Source of the DNA: Octopus sinensis
Lineage: Eukaryota
Direction: 5' to 3'
NCBI RefSeq assembly: GCF_006345805.1
Contig: NC_043001.1
Coordinates: forward strand, 117,800,001-117,864,000
Length of the DNA: 64,000 bases
Position 1 is the stretch's first letter, and each line of letters opens with the position of its first letter. The notes beneath the pieces were generated by a model. It had not been told where the DNA came from. It ran no database searches and saw only the letters and a program-made list of their open reading frames with translations. Below are positions 23,161 through 33,313 of the stretch, one piece after another. Both the position numbers and the translations under genes were made by a program.

Positions 23161-24379
23161 CATTGCTACTTCGCAGCTAAACAGTCGCGATGGCAGGCAT
23201 CTTTCTGTACCCGAAAATGGCTGTTACAGATAGAAATTGATATTCTGATTCTTGTGATGCCAGTCATTTTCCTGATTATACTCAGAATCAGTAAAAATCA
23301 TTGACACAAAGATCAACAACAATGTAAATAAACTGACACCACCATCACTACCGTCACACAACTCCATCGTTACCTCCGCCGCAGACTGACTTGACGGAAG
23401 AAATTCTAGAATATACGCAACGGAAAAACGTTTTACAACCACAGTTTAAAAATAATTTTTCCAACTTCTTTCAGCTATCATTAACCGGCCTTTTTGACAA
23501 GAATAAGGGGAATAGCAATCACTCTCGCGATAAAAGTTATCAATGATATCGCTGAAGATTACAAAATGTGTAAAACCTCATATCGGAATATCGATACTTG
23601 CCTGTATTCGATTACTGTTAGTTTGAAGGATCAGCTGGGAAGATATCTGTTAAGCACTCTGCAATTAAATAACCTATCATAAGCAACCAAGATGGCTAAC
23701 GTCTCTAGAAAAGGATTTACGCCGTAGACTAGAGTGGTTAAATGTTATTATAAAGGTGAATAAACTCACAACAGCAACAACACCAGAGAGTAATTAAATA
23801 GTCCCGAAACACGGCCCAGACAGAAAAAACTCTGCTTTTAGAGACATTTACCATATAAAGGATATGTACTCCTGTTGAGACAGGGGCACTAAATTGCACA
23901 ATCCTTTGTGGGAGGGTAGACTAATTTCTTCCTATGAATTTTAGCTAAAGAAGACACGAAATTATTTTTGCAGCGGTAAATTACTTTGAGGTTACATATG
24001 TTCAAAACGTTTTGGGTAACATATAGCTATACACATGCCCATTACAAGTTTCACTTTTATACACGTTTGACATACGTAATCCACTAGCACATGACACGTT
24101 ATGCTGCCACTGTAATCCATTTCATTTTATATATATATACTCCGATCTTTACATAAATTGCCTTTATGAACCTATCTCCTATCACATTCATCTATATCAC
24201 TGCGCGCACACATGCACACGCACACACAAACGCACGCACGCACACACACAAACACACACATATGCCCACAAGATTATCATATCAACTGCTTAAGTGCACT
24301 CACTTATTTAACAGGCAATGGGATGTATTTTACCGTTCTGCTTTAAAAGCCCTGTGGATATAATTAATGTTATAATTAT

Positions 24380-25345
24380 TTGAATTTTAAATTCATAGTT
24401 CTTTTGCTTTTGTAAGCTGCGATGGAAGTAGCAAAAAACTTCTGGCAATAGAAATAAAGATTTAAGTGTCCGATCATGCCAACGATGGTACGAGAAAATA
24501 CTCTCCTCTTGACATGGACGATCAAGTTCAGTCAAAGATTTAAGTGTCCGATCATGCCAACGAGAAAATACTCTCCTCTTGACATGGACGATCAAGTTCA
24601 GTCAATATTGAACTGATGAAAACAACAGTTGAGAAATTCTAAAGCAAATTGCACGATTATTAGCAAAATAGTTCAATTCAAGTCACACTTCGATTATAAA
24701 TACTTTCATGAACTAGGAACAGTGTCCAAACTCGGTCAATGGGTCTCTCATCATGTGACTGTTAAATTAAAGAGTTGCCTTCTACTCATCATTGAAGAGA
24801 AACTTACTTTCAAACCTCCCCTAGGTAGAGTCATCACAACTAGTGAAAGTGGGTTCTATATTAATTATATGCAACGAAAACGACAAGGATTAGCTCCAAA
24901 TGAAAAAGAAGCGTCCATCCCCAAACCAGAAATCCACCAGAAAATACTTATGCCCTGTGTTTGATGGGATTTGAATGGTGCCGTTTATCATGAAGTGTTA
25001 AACCAAAATGGAACAGCAATGCAGAGAAACATTGTCGTCAGTTGGAAGCATTGCACAAAAATTTGCAGAAAAAGTGACCACCATTGATGAATTATAGAGC
25101 GGTGTTTCTCTTACATGACAATGCAAGACCACATATTGCTCAAGTCACTGAGAAAAAGATTATGGCACTAAATACGGAAGTTTTACCAAGTCTTCCTTAC
25201 TCTCCTGACCTTGCTACTGTTAAGTAATTGTGAAGAGATTAAAAACTATATTGAGTATTTCTTCGCTTCGAAATCTGAAGAATTTTACGCCCGAGGGATC
25301 GACAATTTGTCAGATAGATGGGATTATATTATCAATAAGGAGAAG
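24380..25345 (+). mobile_element. Decayed mariner (third family) with an internal 78-bp tandem duplication
   Basis: KLGQWVSH (WVPHEL-like), WDLNG.VYHEVL, LLHDNARPH, PYSPDLA. Duplication units at 24456-24533 and 24534-24603. Confidence 0.85.
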
Positions 25346-25744
25346 AAATATTATCTTGATTAAATATATGTTGCTTATCAATAACATGGTTTCGAATTAG
25401 TCCCACTGTGTGACACCTTGGGCGAGTTTCTCGTTCTATAGCCTAATGATTAGATTTGGTAAACGAAAACTGAAAGAAGCTCATGAATAAACCATTGGTT
25501 TGAGATTGAAACTATTAACAGGCTTATAATTTATGATGTAGCCTAAAATACGAAAATATTTAGGTCCTTCTTTTGTTGCTTGATTTTTCCCATTATTAAT
25601 TTTTTTCTTTCCTTTTTTCTCTTCATCCTTATTATTGACCGGTGGTTTGTTTTGTTTTAATTCGCTTATGATGTAGTCATGTAAACACACCCAACTCAAC
25701 ATGAGTAAATGAGTCGCGATCGAGACCTGAGTAAATTGTTGCAT

Positions 25745-25901
25745 ATATTATTGCATAATATAGCAGTGGGATCCGAGCACTGCAACACCCATGGTAGAAG
25801 TGTGTGGATCACAAGGAGGTCTATGTTGGAAAATAAATCTCATTTGGCCACATTACATGAAAGTATCTTGGTTAGCATATGAGCTTTTCAGCCGTCCTTC
25901 G
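25745..25901 (+). mobile_element. Mariner 3'-end fragment
   Basis: Degenerate ..RW.KCV...G.YV.K* followed by a TIR-like CTTTTCAGCCGTCCTTCG and TA. Confidence 0.5.
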
Positions 25902-26352
25902 TACTTATATACATATAAATAAATATGAAATGTTATCAAAATGTTCCCGGGTTATAATTTTAAAAAATAACTCAGTTACCTAAATTTTAACATCGTCATC
26001 TTCGAAATAGTCATTTTGCGCAGCAATGCATCGGCCCCAGCGTTCCTTCCACTTTTGGAATCCAGGCTGGAAGTCGTTTTCCGTAAGCGAGGCGAGGGCC
26101 TTATGCGATTTGCTTTGGATCTCGACAACGGGGTTAAAGTGGTAACCTTTGAGCAGCATTTTCTTCTTGGGGAAGAAAGTAAGACCTGCAGGTGCTAAAT
26201 CTGGCGAATACCAGGAGAGCTCAGTCACAGGGTGCATTGTCATCGTGAATGTCCTCCACCAATCGCTTCAAAATGCCACAGTAGAACACTCGATTGACAT
26301 TATTTACGTTATTTACAATTGACAGATATTTGTCCTCATCTTGTTTGTTGTT

Positions 26353-26398
26353 AACACAACGTTTCGGCTGATATACCTTCCAGCCTTCATCATGTGTC
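26353..26398 (-). ncRNA. Minimal type I hammerhead ribozyme (C3 mutated to A in this copy)
   Basis: RNA GACAC-AUGAUGA-A-GGCUG(gaagguauau)CAGCC-GAA-ACGU-U-GUGUU: stem I GACAC/GUGUU, stem II GGCUG/CAGCC, palindromic stem III ACGU, cleavage triplet GUU. Confidence 0.8.
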
Positions 26399-26535
26399 TT
26401 GGGGAAATTTCGGACCTAGGTTCTCATTCCTAAGGTATTTTTCATTGTTGTTATTGTTGTTGTTGATGCTTTTACTCTTGCTCTTGCTGTTGTTGTTGTC
26501 TTGCTCTTGCTCTTGTTGCTGTTTTATTATTATTC

Positions 26536-26605
26536 AGGTCACTGCTTGGAATCGAACTCAGAATCTTGGGGTTAGTAGTCCGCGCTCTTAACCACTACGC
26601 CATAT
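26536..26605 (-). promoter_or_regulatory. tRNA-derived head with Pol III A and B boxes inside the pLTR arm
   Basis: TGGCGTAGTGG (A box) ... GAGTTCGATTCC (B box) at tRNA-like spacing, with an anticodon-arm-like GGACTACTAACCC. The mirror copy at 26811-26862 lacks the B box. Confidence 0.8.
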
Positions 26606-26622
26606 GGAGTGAATTTTAGGGC

Positions 26623-26738
26623 TTATAAATCTAATATTCTCCTATCATTCCTTAATACCGGTTCCCATACGCTGTTCATATCTGAACTCGGTCTGCTTAG
26701 GATGTTGTTGTGTCCTAGCATATGTGCTGCTTCTTTTA
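26623..26738 (-). pseudogene. C-terminal fragment of a Penelope-type GIY-YIG endonuclease ORF
   Basis: LKEAAHMLGHNNILSRPSSDMNSVWEPVLRNDRRILDL*, resembling the KEAIxI...N..LNR.....W.P.L ending of PLE ORFs. Confidence 0.6.
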
Positions 26739-26862
26739 GAACCGGTATTAGGGAAGTATAGGAGAATATCAAATTTATAAGCCCTAAAATTCACTCCATA
26801 ATTGCCCACGGGCATATGGCGTAGTTAGTTAAGAGCGCCGGCTACTAACCACAAGATTCCGA

Positions 26863-26905
<43 letters not shown>

Positions 26906-26937
26906 TAATAATAATAATAATAATAATTAATAATAAT

Positions 26938-27018
<81 letters not shown>

Positions 27019-27050
27019 TAATAATAATAATAATAATTAATAATAATAAT

Positions 27051-27090
<40 letters not shown>

Positions 27091-27105
27091 TAATAATAAT
27101 AATAA
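26863..27105. repeat. Expanded (AAT)n array in the right pLTR arm
   Basis: About 240 bp of AAT with AATT variants. It continues at 27583-27639 after the LINE fragment. Confidence 0.97.
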
Positions 27106-27580
27106 ACGTATCTGTCAAAAACTGAGCAAATATAAAGATCTTGAAACTGAGCAAATATAAAGATCTTGAAATAGAAATCAGCAAAATGTGGAACCTGAAG
27201 ACTAAAACAATACCTGTTGTCATAGGTGCCCTGGGAATGATAGCAAAAGGGGCTGATAGCTACCTAACTCAGATACCAGGAAACCCCAAAATTGCAGAAA
27301 TTCAAAAGATAGTGCTCATGGGAACTGCTCATATCCTACGCAAAATACTTTCTATGTAATCTCAAGGTTTAAAACAAACATAATTCTCGGTTTAAAAAAA
27401 AAAAAAATTTTTTTTTTTTTTCTTAGACATTCATTAGTACAACACCAAAAACTCCCACCCCCCAAAAAAATATATGGCACACTAGGCATAACAACAACAT
27501 GAACTTCCAACCTGTTGTCTCTTGAGGTCTCTGGGTGAGACTTGGAGCCAACTTGTACAAATATAAAGCAAAAGTCAAAC

Positions 27581-27582
<2 letters not shown>
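27106..27582 (+). mobile_element. 5'-truncated R4/Dong-clade LINE (REL C-terminus + 3' UTR) inserted in (AAT)n
   Basis: KLSKYKDLEIEISKMWNLKTKTIPVVIGALGMI...LMGTAHILRKIL*. Flanked by (AAT)n on both sides. 25-bp tandem duplication at 27119-27168. Confidence 0.88.
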
Positions 27583-27639
<57 letters not shown>

Positions 27640-27692
27640 GCAACATCGAAAAATACCTTAGGATTTGGAACCCAGGTTTGAAATTTCCCCAA

Positions 27693-27730
27693 GACATCTG
27701 ATGAAGGCTGGAGGGTTTATCAGCCGAAAC
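27693..27730 (+). ncRNA. Second hammerhead copy: intact CUGAUGA core and stem II, but stem III and cleavage site deleted
   Basis: GACAT-CTGATGA-A-GGCTG(gagggtttat)CAGCC-GAAAC joined directly to AAGATG. 18 nt are missing relative to the left copy, with AAAC microhomology. Confidence 0.75.
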
Positions 27731-28792
27731 AAGATGAGGACAAATATCCGTCAATTGTAAATTATGTAAATAATGTACACAATTCCCCATCTCTTAAATA
27801 TAGAACTGTATTACATGATTGATAGTCTGGCGTTGAGGGACGAATTCTCGATGCACAATACTGCGGATGTCAAAAACGACGATGAGCATGCTCTTGATTG
27901 AGCTGCGGATCTGTCGTGCCTTCTATGGTCGTGCAGATGAAGGGCTCTTCCGTTGTGACGATTGTTGCTTCGTCCCAGTGTCGTACCCGTAGACACAACT
28001 CTCGTCACTGGTGACAAGAAGGATGGGTCATCATCGGTACGCTGGCGAAGATCTTGACAGACTTCGACGCGATGTTCTTTCTGCTCAGTGGCCAGCAGGT
28101 GTGGAAAAAAACTTGGTAGGGACACGCCGCTTGTTCAATTAAGACGTTATGATTACCTGCACGGACTCATGTGGCAGACCAACCACACCAGCAATGTCGT
28201 TGATTGTGCTCCGACAATCCTCATGCACAAGCTGATGAATTTTCTCCACATCTTCGGGGATGATGCTCATGGCAGGTTTTTCAGATCGCTCATCGTCTTC
28301 CAGGGACGTTCTTCCGTTTTTGAAGCGCCCGTGCCACTCGAAACATTGCGTACGACCCATTGCCTTGTCGCCGTAAGCTTGCTGAAGCATGCTCATGGTC
28401 CCTGTAGCAGACGTGCCAAGTTTAGCGCAAAATTTCACGTTGGCTCTTTGTTCTAACTTCCTGTCCATGACAAAATTGCAGACTACAGCATACACGCAAT
28501 CACAAAAATACAAATTTCACAACTTGCAAAGTAAACAAAACAATATCATTTGGTACACTACCTCATGAAGGTCACTGCTAGCTCTCACTGCGCACGTAGC
28601 TGTATGCTGCCATCTTTTGGCGCGCTACGGAACTAGTCTGGGAACTTTTTGATACCCTGTCGTATTTATTTATGCATCTGCGCAGTAACATATACATATA
28701 AGTATGTATGTATGTATGTATGTATGTATGTATGTATGTATGTATGTATGTCTTCCGTTTTTGAAGCGCCTGTGCCACTCGAAACATTGCGT

Positions 28793-29170
28793 CTTCCTTT
28801 GATTCTGACATGCAATGTCTGTGCAAGACCCTGCCTCAGTAAAGCTGGAGTCATGAGTCATCTTCGTAGTCATAAAACGAGACAGATGAGTGACAACCTG
28901 GCCACCGGTGGTGGTGTAACACACCATACTAATCATATCTGTCGGGCATGTGGAAGAGAGTGTAATTCGGCAGGAGGACTTAAACGACATGCAAAGGTAC
29001 ATGAAGCCCAGTTACAACTACAGCCGGCTATTGCCGGTAAAGGTTTTAGTTGCCAAGTTTGTACAAGACATTGTAGATCTTTGGCTGGGCTAAAAAGTCA
29101 CATTCGATCACAGCACCAGTAACGGTTAAGCTTCGTGCAATGGCCATACTTGATAACGAGGGGGAAGCCA
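28793..29170 (+). mobile_element. 5'-truncated RTE-like LINE 3' end encoding three C2H2 zinc fingers
   Basis: CNVC..HLRSH, CRAC..HAKVH and CQVC..HIRSQH in one open frame. The 3' tail is shared with 20788-20832. Flanked by (TATG)n. Confidence 0.75.
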
Positions 29171-30545
29171 TAATAATAATTTATTTATGTATGTATGCAT
29201 GCATGTATGTATGTATGTATGTATGTATGTATGTATGTATGTATGTATGTATGTATGTATGAATGAGTATGCTTTCTTTTTATTTGTTTTTGATTACTTA
29301 ACGGGCAGTCTATTTGATAAATACGCATACTCCAATGACACTAATTTTATAAATAATTGTTATAAATAACTTTATAAATAATAGTTATTCACAGTATAGA
29401 AAGAGGTAAGCAACTCGATTTGAAGTCAGTTCTTGAGTCACTTTTAAAACTTTCTGTCGCTTAAAAATTATATATATACATAGATAATAGACTTAATCCT
29501 TTACTCAATCTAATACTATTACCTGATCCTTGGATGCCTTTGTACACCCTGTTGCAAGCATTCAGCCCAGATCTCCAGTCTAAATAAGATTAAATCCTTG
29601 TCTGCCACCACTTTTAGAGGCCCTGTGAAAGGTATTCAGCCGTTGCTCTACATCCTCTCACTAAATAGTGAGACACAAACGCACGAGCGAGCGCATGCGC
29701 ATACACACACCACACGCACACATACACACACACTCACACTCACACTCACAGGCGTGCGTGTGTACACACAATCATACACTCGCCGAGAAAATTAGCAGCA
29801 TGAAAGAATTCTAGCTGAAGTTTTTTTCGAATACACTTAAGCATAATCTTATAGCACAAATGTATATATGACGATGTACTCAAACGCTGACATTAGCAAA
29901 CACACACACACGCACGCGCGCAAGCATGTATGTATGAATGTATATATGTATATGCATGTATGTGTACAATTTGCTGATAATTCTTGGTACGTAAATAACG
30001 AATAAAATTATATATTTAAATATATACATACATGTATAACTATGTAATTGTGTATAAATGTACATATATGTGTGTGTGTATGTACGCGCGAGCATAAATT
30101 CAATGTGTCTATATATCTTTGTTACATTCTTTATATATGTGTGTGTGTTGGTATGTGTGTGTGTTTGTAAGTATGTGAATGCAAACATAGGAACGTGCAC
30201 ATACACAAGAAACCCCATTCCCTATCTCATACACCACACAGAGATAATTAGCTAAATAATTAATCAATAAATGCCGATATTTCGATCTCTATGAAACGTA
30301 TAACAATGTAACATTAATTACGAAGGTACCACTATATAGTAATTCGAGGAGCTACAAATATCAGCTAAATCCTTCTCCTATCACTCTCCAGGACCTGAAA
30401 AAATAATAACACATTCGATAATGTAGACCTGGAGACATGTCTCGATAAAATGACCTGATGGGCATACAGGAATGCCTTTGATCACTTTCACTCTTGATCA
30501 GGGCTGACCTAGAACAAAACAACAACTAGGGCCCTTCAATATCTG

Positions 30546-30776
30546 TTTCTTTATTACCCACAAGGGGCTAAACACAGAGGGGACAAACAAGGACAGACAA
30601 ACGGATTAAGTCGATTACATCGACCCCAGTGCGCAACTGGTACTTATTTAATCGACCCCGAAAGGATGAAAGGTAAAGTCGACCTCAGTGGAATTTGAAC
30701 TCAGAACGTAGCGGCAGACGAAATACCGCAAAGCATTTCGCCCGGCGTTCTAACGATTCTGCCAGCTCGCCGCCTT
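30546..30776 (-). mobile_element. SINE family A (A1), full length
   Basis: High identity to the other A1 copies. Confidence 0.93.
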
Positions 30777-31609
30777 CACAAAACGAGCGAAAGATAAGAG
30801 TGGATGAAGGTAAGTTGGTAGCCACATGATGTAGTTTCCACGTGGCGGGAAATCCTTAACGAACTAACGAACCAACTAACTAACCATATAACCTAACTTG
30901 CCAGCCGTTATCATCACCTGTTCACAATCTACGAACTCACACATATAAACACACACACACACACATACATACATATGCGTGTATACATGTGTGTGTGTTT
31001 TACATACGCGAGCATATATGTATAAGAAAAAAAAAATTAAAACAACTTGCACGCTTCACAGTTGACTTACACGTTGTCTGGCGTATTGTAAGGCCTTTCT
31101 CAATGCCCTATTGAACGGTCCCTAAAGCATGGCAGTGATTCAGTGATGAGCCCGCCTACTATAGTAATCCTCTCGCGAGTATGTATGTATAGCATGAGTG
31201 TGTGACGTGATTGTTCCTGTACACACACACACACACGGACACACACGCACACGCAGGTGCACACACAGGCACACACACACGCGCGCGCGCACACACATAC
31301 GCCCGCGCGCAGCACATAAGCGCACACACAGTAAACAGATACACACACACATATATTCTCTGTACACATACATCCCTATATACATGGCTATAGAAACGCT
31401 TATTATTTTCGACACACCTGGATGTCTCCAGTTATAAGTGACCACATACAAGTGTTTTGTGCTCGTTCCAATGCAGTTCGTGTTTAGTGTCTTAGTATGA
31501 ACGCATATACATATATATATATACATACATACATACATACACACATACATATATATATACATATAGAGAGAGAGAGAGATGGGGGGAGAGAGAGGGAGGG
31601 AGAGAGAGA

Positions 31610-31979
<370 letters not shown>

Positions 31980-32550
31980 GGTAGTGAGGCTCTAGGCCTT
32001 ATAAGACTTATGGATCTCTTTAAATAATTACAGCAAAAGGTTTCATGAAAATTGAAACCACATTTTCCTAATAGTTTGAAGCCACCGCAGGCTTGAGGTC
32101 CTGATCTGTAGCTATTTTTGCTTATGCCTAAATCCAGGAGCATAGAAATACTCGTGATCGTGAACGAGCACCGGTAAGACTGCCTATAAGTGGTGGACAT
32201 CTGCTTCTTGTTAGAACATCTGTCAGGAAAAAGTATACTCAGAAAATCTCAGGGTTACTCACCTTCTGGGCGTCTCAATCAGTCCCAGGATACCCCGTGG
32301 AAAGCTGTTGTCTGCAAAGCAAGTGTAGTTCTGTGCACGCTTCACTCATTATAATCAATTTCATACTGGGAATATGTAATTGCAAATCTGTACGTATGGA
32401 GCTTCGGATGTTCATCCCTTCTCTGCCAAAATATGGCGATGTAGAGATTTGGTAGCATCGCTCCTAACTGAGCAGTTCTATCCAGGGGTAACACTGCTCA
32501 CCTGTTAATGAAGAATGACTTTAAAAGGGTGGCCTAAACAAAGCTTGTCT

Positions 32551-32765
32551 AAACGTTAGCACGCCGGGCGAAATGCGTAGCCGTATTTCGTCTGCCGTTA
32601 CGTTCTGAGTTCAAATTCCGCCGAGGTCGACTTGGCCTTTCATCCTTTCGGGGTCGATTAAATAAGTACCAGTTACGCACTGGGGTCGATATAATCGACT
32701 TAATCAGTTTGTCTGTCCTTGTTTGTCCTCTCTGTGTTTAGCTCCTTGTGGGTAGTAAAGAAATA
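32551..32765 (+). mobile_element. SINE family A (A1), slightly 5'-truncated
   Basis: High identity to 14991-15207. Confidence 0.92.
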
Positions 32766-32769
32766 GGTA

Positions 32770-33003
32770 CTGGCCAACAGTTCCGCAGCTGCCGATTTCC
32801 TTTCGTTTCAGGTTTTCATGGTAACACCCAAGTAATTTACAACTTTCCAAGAAGTGGATATGCTCGGACACGCGTTCTCTTTTTTTCATATATCTAACAA
32901 TAGTTATACTCCGCTCCACATTATGTAAAGAGTTTCCCTGGCGCATAGGAATAGTCCATCTCGTTAGACGTTTAGAGATAGCATAGAAACTTTGATAGAA
33001 CAA
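32770..33003 (-). mobile_element. Possible Penelope-like ORF N-terminal fragment
   Basis: RERVSEHIHFLESCKLLGCY resembles the H..FL..C motif near the N-terminus of Penelope ORFs; weak. Confidence 0.3.
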
Positions 33004-33313
33004 TTGAAAATGGCGCCTCGGTGTTTAAGTCAGCTGTGGCCACGTGGTTGTTATACTATCAATGAGACATCAATTATTTCGAATGTGTAGGTTTGCGAGC
33101 AGGCTATTTAGTAGGATGCTGACACCACTTTGACGACTGGCTACAGTTTGGTACATTCAGAAGTATTAGGTACCCACATGGTAGGATCAGTCATCATTTT
33201 GTGGATTTGGGGAACATTAGCAGCATCAGTCATTATATGAGGGTATACGTTTAATGGTGCTAGGCACGTGGCTAACGTGAGTAGGTTATAGTTTATACGT
33301 TTAGCAAGGATTA

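Larger units (their letters stand above)
26299..27816 (-). mobile_element. 5'-truncated Penelope-like element with inverted pLTR arms (26297-26664 and 26739-27776, 74-nt unique loop)
   Basis: The arms are reverse complements. The loop and left arm encode a GIY-YIG-type C-terminus. The arms contain a hammerhead core. Near-duplicated target GATTGAC/GATTGAT at 26292-26298 and 27817-27823. Confidence 0.8.
25926..28662 (-). mobile_element. Complete decayed mariner split in two by the Penelope-like insertion
   Basis: Matching TIRs (TA-TGAAATGTTATCAAAATGTTCCC / GGGAACTTTTTGATACCCTGTCG-TA). N-terminal half MDRKLEQRANVKFC...TSDESCVYGYD...QTIN at 27817-28460. C-terminal half VNRVFYCGILKRL...HDDNAP...YSPDLAP...RWGRCI at 25980-26298. 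Confidence 0.9.

Noticed and set aside
23690-24120. Possible degenerate Penelope RT-to-GIY linker (LPYKG-like)
   Set aside because: Only one short motif and multiple stops; too decayed to call.
26536-26605. Functional tRNA gene
   Set aside because: The acceptor stem is degenerate and the sequence is embedded in a repeat arm. It is treated as a tRNA-derived promoter instead.
28649-29122. Host C2H2 zinc-finger gene (157-aa ORF)
   Set aside because: The N-terminal part is microsatellite plus a captured mariner segment, and the fingers end in a retroelement tail shared with 20788-20832.
32262-32310. 49-nt minus-strand exon-like segment (TTTGCAG|...AAG|GTGAGT)
   Set aside because: The splice signals are good, but the peptide is short and unrecognised and lies in probable repeat debris next to a Penelope-like fragment.
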